Shown here: positions 1-9,791 of the stretch, piece after piece
Layout: each line of letters opens with the position of its first letter
How positions within the stretch are numbered: the stretch's first letter is position 1
Source: Dethiobacter sp.
GTDB taxonomy: Bacteria > Bacillota > Dethiobacteria > DTU022 > UBA8154
Reading direction: 5' to 3'
Length of the DNA: 64,000 bases
NCBI GenBank assembly: GCA_020725665.1
Contig: DYEO01000033.1
Span: forward strand, 5,398-69,397
The notes under the pieces: generated by a model
Told to the model about the DNA's origin: nothing
Database searches by the model: none
Seen by the model: the letters and a program-made list of their open reading frames with translations, nothing else
Position numbers and translations under genes: made by a program

Positions 1-1027
1 CCTCTGTTTTGCCATCGCCCTTGAGCAGTTTAATACCTTTTTCTCTAGCTACGACCCTGCCGATAACTGTAAAGCTTGTTCCATAATCCCCCAGTACCTT
101 TTGCACAGCCGGCACATCGCCTGGGGGAAGGGTTACAAGCAATTCATAGTCTTCCCCACCGTAGAGAACCCATTCCAGGTAATCCCGCCCCAGAGTCTCC
201 CCCGCTCTTTTTGTGTTTTGATGAACAGGCAAACTGTGAATATCAATTTCTGCACCCACGGTGCTTCCTTCACAGATATGATGTATTTCACTGGCAAGCC
301 CATCACTGATATCGATCATAGCTGAAGGCCGAACTGTTTTTAAAAGGGCGGCAGCTTCTCTAACGCGCGGTTGAGGCAGCAGGTGGGCTCCGATCAGGGT
401 CTGCGCCCAGGCCGCGGCAGGTAATTGTTTCGGGGAAGGCTCTTTTCCCAGGGATAATCCCGATTTCGGGAGATTTCCATTTTCCGGCCCACGGGCTTGC
501 AGAAGTGCCAGTCCGGCAGCTGATGCCCCGAGAGAACCCATGACGGCAAAGACATGGCCCGGTAGAGCACCGCTTCTCGTTACAGGTTCGGCTTCCATCT
601 CACCAATTACCGTGACATCAAGGATAAGTTGTGGGGCACCAACCGTATCCCCGCCAATTATAAAAACACCGTACGCCTCAGCCAGCTCCCTGATTCCCCT
701 GTATATTCCTTCCGCATAGTCCAGGTTCACGTCAGAGGGCCAACCTGCTGAAATAAGCGCATATCGGGGAACACCACCCATGGCGGCAATATCGCTGAGG
801 CTGACTGCCAGGGCTTTGTGGCCAAGCTGCTCCGCGGTGGTCCAGACTCGCCTGAAGTGATGCCCCTCCACAAGCATATCACAGGTTACCACCAGATATC
901 TTCCTGCAGCGACGCGGAATGATGCGGCATCATCCCCGATCCCCAGGAAAACAGAACCGTCATAAGATCTCATTTTCCTTGTAAGATGTTTTATGAGGGC
1001 AAATTCTCCCATTTCTTTCAGTTCCAT
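1..1027 (-). CDS. thiL: thiamine-monophosphate kinase ThiL; C-terminus runs off the left window edge
   Basis: Absent from the ORF track because it is truncated at the window edge. My minus-strand translation from the ATG (rc of cat at 1025-1027) reads MELKEMGEFALIKHL..GIGDDAA..LAVSLSDIAAMGG..GGDTV..IDISDGLASE. This is the ThiL/AIR-synthase-like signature. It is the last gene of the thi operon. Confidence 0.8.
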   Translation of the reverse strand, partial: MELKEMGEFALIKHLTRKMRSYDGSVFLGIGDDAASFRVAAGRYLVVTCDMLVEGHHFRRVWTTAEQLGHKALAVSLSDIAAMGGVPRYALISAGWPSDVNLDYAEGIYRGIRELAEAYGVFIIGGDTVGAPQLILDVTVIGEMEAEPVTRSGALPGHVFAVMGSLGASAAGLALLQARGPENGNLPKSGLSLGKEPSPKQLPAAAWAQTLIGAHLLPQPRVREAAALLKTVRPSAMIDISDGLASEIHHICEGSTVGAEIDIHSLPVHQNTKRAGETLGRDYLEWVLYGGEDYELLVTLPPGDVPAVQKVLGDYGTSFTVIGRVVAREKGIKLLKGDGKTE

Positions 1028-1035
1028 TATTTCTT

Positions 1036-1692
1036 TCAACCCCTCTGCTGCGAGCGTGCTGCATAAACTGCACGGGCCACATCCCGTGTTGCACCGGCCA
1101 CATCCACTACAGATACCACGGCAGAAACCACGGCCACGCCCCCCGCACCGGCTGATACAACATCCCCGGCGTTTTGGGCCTTAATACCTCCAATACCTAC
1201 AACCGGTATTTTCACCCTTTGCACGATTTCTGCCAAACCATGCAAACCGATGGGCTTGCCCGTATTCCCCTTGGTGAAGGTGGCAAAAACAGCCCCTACC
1301 CCCAGGTAAGAGGCACCGGCCTCCTGGAATTGCAGAGCCTGCTGTACGTTACGTGCTGTTACACCCAGGATCATCTCCGGGGGCATAATGCGGCGGGCCG
1401 CCGCTACAGGCAGATCATCCCGCCCCAGGTGGACACCATCGGCTTCCACAGCTAGGGCCACATCCAGGCGGTCGTTAACAATAAAGGTGATACCTTTCTG
1501 CAGGGTAAGTTCTCTTAATGCTTCTGCCGCATGAAATAATTGCCCCGTGGGTAGATCTTTTTCCCGTAACTGAATACAGGTGGCCCCACCGGCAATGGCT
1601 TCCTTTATAACCGTCAGGTTTGATCGACCCCTGGAAAGGCGGGAATCGGTTATAACATACACGCTCAGGTCAAAGGGTTTTGTTGCCGGCAT
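1036..1692 (-). CDS. thiE: thiamine-phosphate synthase
   Basis: 218-aa ORF with VYVITD, IQLREKD, DGVHLG and VVGIGGI motifs typical of ThiE. It lies in the thi operon. Confidence 0.9.
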   Translation of the reverse strand: MPATKPFDLSVYVITDSRLSRGRSNLTVIKEAIAGGATCIQLREKDLPTGQLFHAAEALRELTLQKGITFIVNDRLDVALAVEADGVHLGRDDLPVAAARRIMPPEMILGVTARNVQQALQFQEAGASYLGVGAVFATFTKGNTGKPIGLHGLAEIVQRVKIPVVGIGGIKAQNAGDVVSAGAGGVAVVSAVVSVVDVAGATRDVARAVYAARSQQRG

Positions 1693-1722
1693 ACTTAACC
1701 ACTCCTCGTAACCATATGAAAT

Positions 1723-2571
1723 TCAGCCTTGGGTTACTTCATCAACCTTGATACGGGCGCTTTTTACCAGTTGCTCTGCTGTAAGGAAGAAAAGAGTGTC
1801 CAACCACCGTATTTTGAAGGCGGCAGGTCCTAAAAGCAAATTGTCTTTGCTTTCCGCCGCCAGTTCGGCTGCCACACCCAGGGTTGCAAGAGCTGTCGCA
1901 GCGGCTGTAAAAAAATCTTCCTCAACCGCCGCAAAGGCTGCGATAACGGAAGCTGCCATACAGCCGCTTCCCACCACCAGGGGCAGCAGTGCATTGCCGT
2001 TAAAAACACGGGCAATGCGCCGGAAATCATAAACAACGTCCACCGGTCCCGTTATGACCACTACTGCCTCGTAATCAAGAAAATCCAGCAGGCGCTGTGC
2101 TGCTTCCAGGGGATCCACATCAATGTTTAACGCTTCGATCCCCCTGATCTTTATACCGTGAAGCCCCCCCAGGAAACCGATTTCTGCCTTATTGCCCTTG
2201 ATAATGGAAGGCCTTATTTTGCGCAACAAGGCCAGGATCTCCCCTGTGCGATAACGGGTGGCGCCCGCGCCCACCGGATCAAAAACCACGGGGATTCCCT
2301 TTTCCCGCGCGGTTACGCCCATGCGGCCCATGGCCCGGACACGGGATGGAGAGAGCGTTCCTGTATTGATCACTGCCGCGCGGGCGGCAGAGACCATCTC
2401 TTCCACTTCTTCTTCCGCCTGGGCCATGACGGGAAGGGCCCCCGCACTTACCGTTACGGCAGCACAGTCCCCCATGGTCACAAAATTCGTAAGGTGATGG
2501 ACGAGGGGTTTCTCCCGGCGGACCTTTTCATAAATGGCAGCGGCAATCCTGCCATCGATAATGTCTGGCAT
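1723..2571 (-). CDS. thiM: hydroxyethylthiazole kinase
   Basis: 282-aa ORF. The HHLTNFVTMGDCAA motif and overall ThiM-like sequence support the call, as does operon context. Confidence 0.9.
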   Translation of the reverse strand: MPDIIDGRIAAAIYEKVRREKPLVHHLTNFVTMGDCAAVTVSAGALPVMAQAEEEVEEMVSAARAAVINTGTLSPSRVRAMGRMGVTAREKGIPVVFDPVGAGATRYRTGEILALLRKIRPSIIKGNKAEIGFLGGLHGIKIRGIEALNIDVDPLEAAQRLLDFLDYEAVVVITGPVDVVYDFRRIARVFNGNALLPLVVGSGCMAASVIAAFAAVEEDFFTAAATALATLGVAAELAAESKDNLLLGPAAFKIRWLDTLFFLTAEQLVKSARIKVDEVTQG

Positions 2572-2597
2572 CTTCCCACCCCGTTTTTAACCTGGAT

Positions 2598-3410
2598 TCA
2601 TCTTCCTCTATCACGCCAGACAGCAAAGTGATCCATGGGGCCGCTGCCCTTTCCCAGACCCGGGTCCCATGGCAGGATGCGCTGCAGATAACAGCGGGCA
2701 GCCATGACAGCCTGGGGAACAGAGCGCCCCAGGGCAAGATGGGCGGCGATTGCAGAGGCATATGTGCAGCCCGTGCCGTGCGTATGCCTGGTATTGATTC
2801 GCTGCGCCCGGTAATAATAGAAGCGAATTCCATCGAACAATATGTCGGTGAGTTCCTCCTCACCCTGCAGGTGTCCGCCCTTCAACAGGACATAGGCAGG
2901 CCCCCTCGCATGCAGGGCACGAGCTGCTTTTTTCATATCCTCGATACTTTCAATGGCCTGGCCGCAAAGCACCTCGGCCTCCGGGATATTGGGCGTAATA
3001 ACAAGGGACAGGGGGAGAAGCTTCTCCCGGATGGCTGTCTGGGTATCCTCTTCCAAAAGGGGGTCGCCACTTTTTGCCACCATTACCGGGTCGGCCACAA
3101 TGCTGTACAGGCCATATTGTTGCAGTTTGGCCACAACCGCCTGCACAATGCCGGCATTACCAAGCATCCCGGTTTTTACAGCGGCCACGGGAAAGTCCCG
3201 CAGAACCGCATCCATTTGTGCCTCCACCATTTGGGGCGGCAACACCTGGAACTGATCCACACCCAGCGTGTTTTGCGCTGTAACAGCGGTAATCACGGTG
3301 ATCCCGTAAACGCCCTGGGCTGCCATGGCTTTAAGGTCTGCCTGGATTCCCGCTCCGGCACCGGAATCAGAACCGGCAACAGTCATGACACAGGGCAATT
3401 TATTTTTCAT
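2598..3410 (-). CDS. thiD: hydroxymethylpyrimidine/phosphomethylpyrimidine kinase
   Basis: 270-aa ORF. The N-terminus VMTVAGSDSGAGAGIQADLK is typical of ThiD (ribokinase fold). Confidence 0.9.
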   Translation of the reverse strand: MKNKLPCVMTVAGSDSGAGAGIQADLKAMAAQGVYGITVITAVTAQNTLGVDQFQVLPPQMVEAQMDAVLRDFPVAAVKTGMLGNAGIVQAVVAKLQQYGLYSIVADPVMVAKSGDPLLEEDTQTAIREKLLPLSLVITPNIPEAEVLCGQAIESIEDMKKAARALHARGPAYVLLKGGHLQGEEELTDILFDGIRFYYYRAQRINTRHTHGTGCTYASAIAAHLALGRSVPQAVMAARCYLQRILPWDPGLGKGSGPMDHFAVWRDRGR

Positions 3411-3486
3411 CAGACTTTCACAGCCCCTTCTATCTTTTTCCCCGTGAAGATTTTTTAAAACTTAAATAGATTTTTACAGTCGTGCT

Positions 3487-3987
3487 TTAGCTCCGGGCAA
3501 TCGATTTTGACCAGAGCCTCAGGATGATTAACCCGATAAAGGATCCGGCCAGGCTGCTCAAGGCGAAGGGAATGATAAAGGCATAAGCCATCCCGGCAAA
3601 ACCCAGTATCCATTTGGCCAAGGGGAAGGCTACAAGGGCCCCAATGAAGCCTGTACCTATAACTTCCCCCGCGGCAGCGAAATAATCCCTTTTCAGGTAG
3701 CGAAAAGCCAGTCCGGCCAGCAGTGCACCAAAAATACTCCCGGGAAAAGCCAGTGGTGTGCCTGTACCCATCAAATTGCGCAGCGTTGAGGTAAGCAGAG
3801 CGGCGATCACAGCAGGGCCCGGACCGAGCATAGCCCCCGCCAGGACGTTAATTGCATGCTGGACAGGATAGACCTTGGCCACTCCCACCGGGATAGAAAA
3901 GGGTGCAGCCACAATTCCCAGAGCCACCAGCAAACCAACCGCCACAACTTTGCGTAAGGGGAACGATTTTACCAGCAATTTTTCCAT
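3487..3987 (-). CDS. thiW: ECF-type S component ThiW (predicted thiazole precursor transporter)
   Basis: 166-aa polytopic membrane ORF with a PGSIFGAL motif. It sits between the permease and thiD in a TPP-riboswitch operon. Confidence 0.7.
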   Translation of the reverse strand: MEKLLVKSFPLRKVVAVGLLVALGIVAAPFSIPVGVAKVYPVQHAINVLAGAMLGPGPAVIAALLTSTLRNLMGTGTPLAFPGSIFGALLAGLAFRYLKRDYFAAAGEVIGTGFIGALVAFPLAKWILGFAGMAYAFIIPFALSSLAGSFIGLIILRLWSKSIARS

Positions 3988-4010
3988 AATTTTTCCTCCT
4001 CCTTAATTTT

Positions 4011-5438
4011 TCAATATTTAATATCATGCACCTTTTCCGCCAGGCTTCCCAAATCAACTGCAGGCCTGCTGCATTGGGCCAGGATCAGGGACAAGACGGC
4101 CGGTATGAACAACGCCGCCACAAAGGAAAAAAGCAGGTTGCCCCTGCTGAATCCAGGATCAGGAAAAATCAAAGATCCCGCGGCAATGCCGCTGAGTACG
4201 GAAAAAAAAGCACTTCTTCCGGTTAAACGGGTGGAATAAAGTCCATAAAAGGTGGGAAAAACTGCAGCGGCACATACCAGGTCGGCCAGCAGAAACAGGT
4301 AGAGGACACTGTAACCCTGTGCTGCCACACCAATAACTGTCACACAAATGACTGCTGTGAGGATGCGGGCCCACCTGCGCAGGCGACTGGAGGAGAGAGC
4401 GGGATAAAAACGGGCAATGTCCACGGTAAACACAGCAGCGATGGCATTAATCAGCGTATCGGCACTGCTCATCACCAGCGCCAGTGCCAGTAACAACAGC
4501 ACAAGAAGGACCCAAAATGGCGCCACAGAGAGAACCACTTCAAAAAGGGCCGCAGAAGGAACATCCAGTAAATTGCCGGCTGCCGCCATAAGACCAAATG
4601 TTCCGGCCAGGATTATAACGGGAATAATGGCCAAACCTGCAAAAAGAAACGACTTTTTTACCACGCTCACATCTTTGCCGGCATAAACTCTTGACCAGAA
4701 CCCCTGGTGAAATAAATTAGCAGCCACAATCGCGATGATGAGCGACAGGGTAAAATCCCAGCCTCCCCGGTGTCCCATGCTCAGAAGGGAAGGGTCGATA
4801 TCGCGCAGGGATGACAGCAGTGTTCCCAGGCCGCCGGACCTGAAGCATGCAACAGCAAAGACAATTAGCAGTGCCGGAATGATAATAACAGCCTGTACTG
4901 CATCAGTAAAAATAGAACCGCGTATTCCGCCGTAAGTTGTGTAGATAAGCGTTCCCGATCCGATCAGCAGTGCGGTTATCCACAGGGGTAACCCCATCAC
5001 GATATTCAGGGCCAACGCGATGCCGGTTAACTCGGCACATAAAAAGACCGCCATATAAAAAACTCCCACCACCAGAGTTATGCCATACATGGACCGGCCA
5101 AAGCGGTAATATACGAACTCCACCAGTGAAGATCCGTGAGGGGCAAGATAGCGCATACGCGGACCCAACAGGGCATAAATCATTATCGCCACGGCCTGCG
5201 CCACCGCATATCCCGTGATAGCAGTGATTCCACCCCACGTTCCCGCTTCCGCCGGGGTAAAAAGTATCCATGCCCCCATTATGGAAGCAAAAATTGTGGC
5301 CGTGGCAAGCCAGGTCCCCAGGGTTCCCCTGGCAGTGAGAAAAGCGTCGATAGTGGAATATTGTTGCCGGGTTTGGTAAACATAAAGCATGGCAAGTAAG
5401 GTAAAAACCGTTACTGTTAAAATAAGCAAATAAGTCAC
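4011..5438 (-). CDS. sodium:solute symporter (SSS) family permease, ThiV-like candidate thiamine-precursor transporter
   Basis: Many-TM ORF of SSS type. I place the start at the GTG (rc cac, 5436-5438), preceded by ggaaggag at 7 nt. The track start at 5492 lies inside the riboswitch terminator. This is the first gene after the TPP riboswitch. Confidence 0.7.
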   Translation of the reverse strand: MTYLLILTVTVFTLLAMLYVYQTRQQYSTIDAFLTARGTLGTWLATATIFASIMGAWILFTPAEAGTWGGITAITGYAVAQAVAIMIYALLGPRMRYLAPHGSSLVEFVYYRFGRSMYGITLVVGVFYMAVFLCAELTGIALALNIVMGLPLWITALLIGSGTLIYTTYGGIRGSIFTDAVQAVIIIPALLIVFAVACFRSGGLGTLLSSLRDIDPSLLSMGHRGGWDFTLSLIIAIVAANLFHQGFWSRVYAGKDVSVVKKSFLFAGLAIIPVIILAGTFGLMAAAGNLLDVPSAALFEVVLSVAPFWVLLVLLLLALALVMSSADTLINAIAAVFTVDIARFYPALSSSRLRRWARILTAVICVTVIGVAAQGYSVLYLFLLADLVCAAAVFPTFYGLYSTRLTGRSAFFSVLSGIAAGSLIFPDPGFSRGNLLFSFVAALFIPAVLSLILAQCSRPAVDLGSLAEKVHDIKY

Positions 5439-5465
5439 AGTATCACTCCTTCCGCAAACGAATAT

Positions 5466-5490
5466 AAAAACGGACCCAACGCGGGTCCGC
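5466..5490 (-). terminator. intrinsic terminator forming the expression platform of the TPP riboswitch
   Basis: The minus strand reads gcggacccgcgttgggtccgttttt, a GC-rich hairpin plus U run. It lies between the aptamer and the SD/GTG of the permease. Confidence 0.6.
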
Positions 5491-5518
5491 AATCAAAAGC
5501 TCTATCACTTCAATTACA

Positions 5519-5635
5519 TTCCCTACGCTGGCATTACCCAGACGGACCGGTCTTGCAGTCCGCACAACAGGTTCTTAGGGTTTGGAAACTTCATAGCGTT
5601 CCCCTCTCAGCCTCCACTCGGAAGCACCCCCGGCT
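5519..5635 (-). promoter_or_regulatory. TPP (THI-box) riboswitch aptamer
   Basis: The minus strand reads cgggggtgcttccgagtggaggctgagaggggaacgc...aaaccctaagaacctgttgtgcggactgcaagaccggtccgtctgggtaatgccagcgtagggaa. It contains the conserved ggggtgc, ctgagag, accc, gaacctg and aatgccagcgtagggaa blocks. Confidence 0.85.
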
Positions 5636-5656
5636 TGATTATTCAGTTTAATGGTA

Positions 5657-6091
5657 TTATACACTACAAGAAACAGAAGTTACAAGTAGTTTAAGAGAAA
5701 GATGCAAAATTTTCCCGAATTGTTTAACATAATAAACTTCCTGATATTTAGATAACAGCATCACTTTTAAGTTCCGCCAATGTTTTACTGTCAATCCGCA
5801 GCAAGTCTCGATAAATTTCATCATTGTGCTCGCCAATACGGGGGGGAAACTCAGATGTTTCCCCTGCTCTTCCAAAAACGGCGTCATGCATGGAGGCGGG
5901 GCCAGGTTAAGCTTTAAACCGCTCCGGCTATCTTCTGTAACCAGCATTTTTTCCTGTACCAGCCTGTCATTTGCGACTTCCTTCATGTTGTTTTAAAAAC
6001 CGTCCTGAGCAAGACGATAAGTGAGATAAGGAGCCACGATCGCCTGTTCCAGGCTTACCACTTTCAGCCCCCGGAATATACTCCCATCCAT
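5657..6091 (-). pseudogene. family III (CaiB/BaiF) CoA-transferase remnant with an internal deletion and an in-frame stop
   Basis: Minus-strand reading gives MDGSIFRGLKVVSLEQAIVAPYLTYRLAQDGF, a typical CoA-transferase III N-terminus, then TAA. In the same frame follows NNMKEVANDRLVQEKMLV...PPVL...GLTVKHWRNLK, which resembles the family C-terminus. About 300 residues of core are missing. Confidence 0.45.
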
Positions 6092-6173
6092 AGTACCAAC
6101 ACCCTTTCTGCATAAGCCGTCTGGGCGGCACACATTATTGCAATATAAGCATAATCGACTTGCCTTTGCATGG

Positions 6174-7151
6174 TCAAGTCAAAGTGAATATCGTCTTTCC
6201 CCCTTTTTCATACCGGGAAACAAGGTTCCTGCTCTCTAAATATTTTAGATGGGCAAGAGCCTCTCCTGTGGCAAACCATCGCTGAAAAACGGGAAACTCC
6301 TGCCATGCCAGGGGTAAATCCCAACCCATGCGCGAAGCTGTCTGATAAGCATCACCGGCATTTTCATTTAAGATGGCAAGGATCTCCTCTTCCCTGAACC
6401 TGTGATGGCTTTTTATTTCTTTGATTCTCTGCTGCGGGTTACGAAAAGCTTTCCTGTGGCCGGGAAGGATCAGGTCCACGTTTAGGGCAGCTATTTTATC
6501 AAGACTTTCCAGGTAGCTCTGCAATGGGTTTAACTCTCTTTCCAACAATAAAGAAATGTTCGGGGTTACCTCCTGGAGAATATGATCGCCGGAAAAAAGG
6601 AAATTTTCCCGGTCCTCATAAAGACACATACTACCCGGTGTATGTCCCGGCGTTTCCAGGCATTTAAACTCATGGTTTCCTGTGTTGATTTTGTCCCCTT
6701 CTTTTAAAATGGTAAACTTTACATCATTTATAAACTTAAAAATAGAATTGGCATATATTTTCAAAGTTTTGCGCAGTTCTATTGTTGGAAAGCCGTTTTG
6801 CGCGGCACATCTGATAGCCTCCTCCCACGAACCTTCATCATCCAGTATCTCCCTATCCGGGTTGTTAAAATATACTCTGGAAGTACCCGATGCAATTTTA
6901 AAAACAAGCTCCAAATGATCAACATGAAGGTGCGTAATAAAGAAATCCGTTTCCCCCATATCTATTCCCAATTCAGTAAAAGCTGCAAACAGCGCCTTTG
7001 CGCATTCTTCCCTGTCCATTCCCGTATCAACAACCAGGTTGCGATCCCGCCCCTTTATAATATAAGAATTAACAGACTGGAGGGGATTATTAAAAAGCGG
7101 CACCTCTACACGGAAAATGCCCGGCAGCACTTCTTCGATCAATATTCTCAC
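6174..7151 (-). CDS. MBL-fold metallo-hydrolase
   Basis: 325-aa ORF with the HLHVDH zinc-binding motif and downstream His/Asp ligands (TPGHTPGS, GDH). Confidence 0.8.
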   Translation of the reverse strand: MRILIEEVLPGIFRVEVPLFNNPLQSVNSYIIKGRDRNLVVDTGMDREECAKALFAAFTELGIDMGETDFFITHLHVDHLELVFKIASGTSRVYFNNPDREILDDEGSWEEAIRCAAQNGFPTIELRKTLKIYANSIFKFINDVKFTILKEGDKINTGNHEFKCLETPGHTPGSMCLYEDRENFLFSGDHILQEVTPNISLLLERELNPLQSYLESLDKIAALNVDLILPGHRKAFRNPQQRIKEIKSHHRFREEEILAILNENAGDAYQTASRMGWDLPLAWQEFPVFQRWFATGEALAHLKYLESRNLVSRYEKGGKTIFTLT

Positions 7152-7166
7152 ATCCTCGTCTTTTCC

Positions 7167-9020
7167 TCAATCACCGCTGTTATTTTTTTGCATGCTCACC
7201 TGTTTGTTATAACGATCCCGTTCACCTTTTTGCAGGAACTTTTTGCGTAAACGAATACTTTTGGGTGTGACCTCCACCAGTTCATCATCGCCGATAAACT
7301 CTATGGCTTCTTCCAGGGAAAGGAGACAGGGTTCTTTCAGCCTGACCGTGTCATCGGAACCGCTGGCCCGCATGTTGGTAAGATGTTTACGCTTGCAGAC
7401 GTTTACTTCCACATCCCTGTCCCTGTTGTTGACACCCACAATCATACCTTCGTAAACCCTGGTACCCGGCTCAATAAAGAGAGTGCCCCGTTCTTCCGCC
7501 TGCAGCATGCCATAGGTGACAGCCTCTCCGGTCTCCCAGGCAATGAGGGAGGCCTGGAAACGTGTTTGGATCTCACCCTTATAGGGCTCATAACCATGAA
7601 AACTGTAATTCATAACACCCCTGCCCCGCGTCTCCGTTAAAAACTCAGAACGAAATCCCACAAGTCCCCGGGCCGGCACCAGGTAATCCATGCGTATATC
7701 CCCGCCACCGGCCGGTACCAGGTTGACCAGTTCACCCTTCCGCTTCCCCAGGCTTTCCATAACAACTCCCTGCGCATCTTCCGGGATATGGATAATCAGG
7801 TATTCCACCGGCTCCATCAGGACACCATCAATGGTTTTACAGATGACCTCCGGTTTTGAAACCTGCAGTTCATAACCCTCGCGGCGCATATTCTCGATGA
7901 GAATGGAAAGGTGCAGTTCTCCCCGGCCGGAAACTTTGAATTGATCGGGGCTTTCTGTCTCCTCAACGCGCAGGCTCACATTGGCATTAAGTTCTTTAAA
8001 AAGACGTTCTCTCAATTTTCGGGAAGTTACATACTCCCCCTCCTGTCCGGCAAAGGGACTGTTGTTAACCATAAACGTCATGCGCAGAGTGGGTTCATCA
8101 ACTATAATCACCGGCAGTTGTTCAGGGTGCAGCGGATCGGCAAGGGTCTCACCAATATTAATGTTATCCAGACCCACGATAGCCACTACATCTCCGGCAA
8201 CCGCTTTTTCAACCTCAATTTTTTTCAAGCCGCTGTAACCGAAAATCTTTGCCGTCTTTCCTTTTGTCAGGGATCCGTCCGGGTGTATAATTACAACCTG
8301 TTCCCCCTGACTGATAGTACCTCGCTTAATCATGCCGATGGCATATTTACCAAGATAGTTATCATGTTCCAGGTTGGATACAAGCATCTGGAAAGGCCCG
8401 TTAAGATTACTGTCAGGTGGTTTTACATAATTAATAACAGTTTCAAAGAGTGGTTCCATACTTATACGATCATCAGACCAGTTTCTGATGGCCCAACCCT
8501 CTTTGGCGGATGTATAAAGCACCGGAAAGTCCAATTGCTGATCGTTTGCTCCCAGTTCAAAGAAAAGATCGATTACTTCATTTAGAACTTCCCCGGGACG
8601 GGCATTGGGCCGGTCCGCTTTGTTGATTACGACGAGGGGTTGCAGATTTGCCTGCAGGGCCTTGTTTAAAACAAACTTGGTCTGTGACATGGGACCCTCG
8701 GATGCGTCTATAATCAACAGGACACCATTGACCATACGGAGAGCCCTTTCCACCTCACCCCCAAAATCGGCATGACCGGGGGTATCCACAATATTTATTT
8801 TTATTCCCTTATATACTACCGCCGTATTCTTGGCCAGAATGGTGATGCCCCGTTCCCGTTCCAGGTCAATAGAATCCATAACTCTTTCGACAACAGGGGC
8901 TTTATCGTGAAACATACCGCTTTGGCTCAGCAAACAGTCCACCAGGGTAGTTTTACCGTGATCGACGTGGGCAATAATGGCAATGTTGCGAATCTGATCC
9001 TTGGACAGGCTTTCAAACAT
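7167..9020 (-). CDS. typA: translational GTPase TypA/BipA
   Basis: 617-aa ORF with AHVDHGKTTLVD, DTPGHADF and NKADR G-motifs. It is TypA-like over its full length. Confidence 0.95.
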   Translation of the reverse strand: MFESLSKDQIRNIAIIAHVDHGKTTLVDCLLSQSGMFHDKAPVVERVMDSIDLERERGITILAKNTAVVYKGIKINIVDTPGHADFGGEVERALRMVNGVLLIIDASEGPMSQTKFVLNKALQANLQPLVVINKADRPNARPGEVLNEVIDLFFELGANDQQLDFPVLYTSAKEGWAIRNWSDDRISMEPLFETVINYVKPPDSNLNGPFQMLVSNLEHDNYLGKYAIGMIKRGTISQGEQVVIIHPDGSLTKGKTAKIFGYSGLKKIEVEKAVAGDVVAIVGLDNINIGETLADPLHPEQLPVIIVDEPTLRMTFMVNNSPFAGQEGEYVTSRKLRERLFKELNANVSLRVEETESPDQFKVSGRGELHLSILIENMRREGYELQVSKPEVICKTIDGVLMEPVEYLIIHIPEDAQGVVMESLGKRKGELVNLVPAGGGDIRMDYLVPARGLVGFRSEFLTETRGRGVMNYSFHGYEPYKGEIQTRFQASLIAWETGEAVTYGMLQAEERGTLFIEPGTRVYEGMIVGVNNRDRDVEVNVCKRKHLTNMRASGSDDTVRLKEPCLLSLEEAIEFIGDDELVEVTPKSIRLRKKFLQKGERDRYNKQVSMQKNNSGD

Positions 9021-9025
9021 TCTGT

Positions 9026-9223
9026 TCAGGTTCCTCTCCGGGTGCGATAAATGCCTGAATTTTTGGCCTTTGACTGATTGAATGTGAACATATTCTTCAA
9101 ATATGCAAGGTACTGAGGTTTAATCTCCACACCGTCATTGAGTAAAACCTGGCCTTCACTGCCGAGAATCGCTTTTCCCAAAAACATGCCGGGTTGAATT
9201 GAATCTAGGGAAACCCTGCGCAT
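9026..9223 (-). CDS. small hypothetical protein resembling the N-terminal module of HD-GYP-type proteins (possible fragment)
   Basis: 65-aa ORF. MRRVSLDSIQPGMFLGKAILGSEGQVLLNDGVEI resembles the common N-terminus of clostridial HD-GYP proteins. No HD domain follows. Confidence 0.25.
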   Translation of the reverse strand: MRRVSLDSIQPGMFLGKAILGSEGQVLLNDGVEIKPQYLAYLKNMFTFNQSKAKNSGIYRTRRGT

Positions 9224-9351
9224 ATGCTTCTCTCCTCGTTAGTACTACTAATTATTTAGTATATGAACGGTTTTGAATAAGATAGCTTTCGACATATTTT
9301 ATCATTATCCTTTTACATATAATGGTATTAATAGAAATATTTCAATCAAAC

Positions 9352-9374
9352 AAAAATACGGAGCCTTTCCTCCG
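9352..9374 (-). terminator. weak intrinsic terminator
   Basis: Minus strand: cggag-gaaagg-ctccg followed by tattttt, downstream of the 67-aa ORF. Confidence 0.3.
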
Positions 9375-9427
9375 CTTAGTTAAACAAAATGCATTTTTTG
9401 TTTTACTTAAAGATAGATTTACTTAAT

Positions 9428-9631
9428 TCATCTTTCCCCTTTGTATTTATAGTCGATAATACTTTCCCCGACAATCCAGGTGATTACCGGTAAAATGACG
9501 GCAACAATAAATTCCGGATCCAATTCCAAACCGTAAGCGTGGGACAAGTACATTGATAAAGCCGTTATCACTGCAAGCCAGAATTTGCGACTGAGGAGCG
9601 GATGTTTGCGTTCGTTCTTTTCCAGTGCCAC
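9428..9631 (-). CDS. small two-TM membrane protein (holin-like size and topology, function unknown)
   Basis: 67-aa ORF with two hydrophobic helices and charged termini. No family was recognised with certainty. Confidence 0.3.
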   Translation of the reverse strand: MALEKNERKHPLLSRKFWLAVITALSMYLSHAYGLELDPEFIVAVILPVITWIVGESIIDYKYKGER

Positions 9632-9791
9632 AATAACTCAACCCCCTTCCATCTTCACAGACAAACAGCTTTTCACCTTATCTTTTTGCAATTATTATAT
9701 GTGGTACTGTTAAAGAATGCCTCCCTACACATGTCGTTCTCCACTTACTCCACCTTGAGTATGGAAATCTTGTATTTTAGCAATTTCGGTA

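Noticed and set aside
2628-3458. 276-aa plus-strand ORF
   Set aside because: It lies entirely antisense to the well-supported thiD gene. It has no recognisable motifs. It is the typical shadow ORF of a GC-biased coding region.
7911-8585. 224-aa plus-strand ORF
   Set aside because: It is antisense to typA.
9428-9631. Holin, and hence a prophage remnant
   Set aside because: Only size and two-TM topology suggest a holin. No lysin, terminase, integrase or other phage genes lie nearby.
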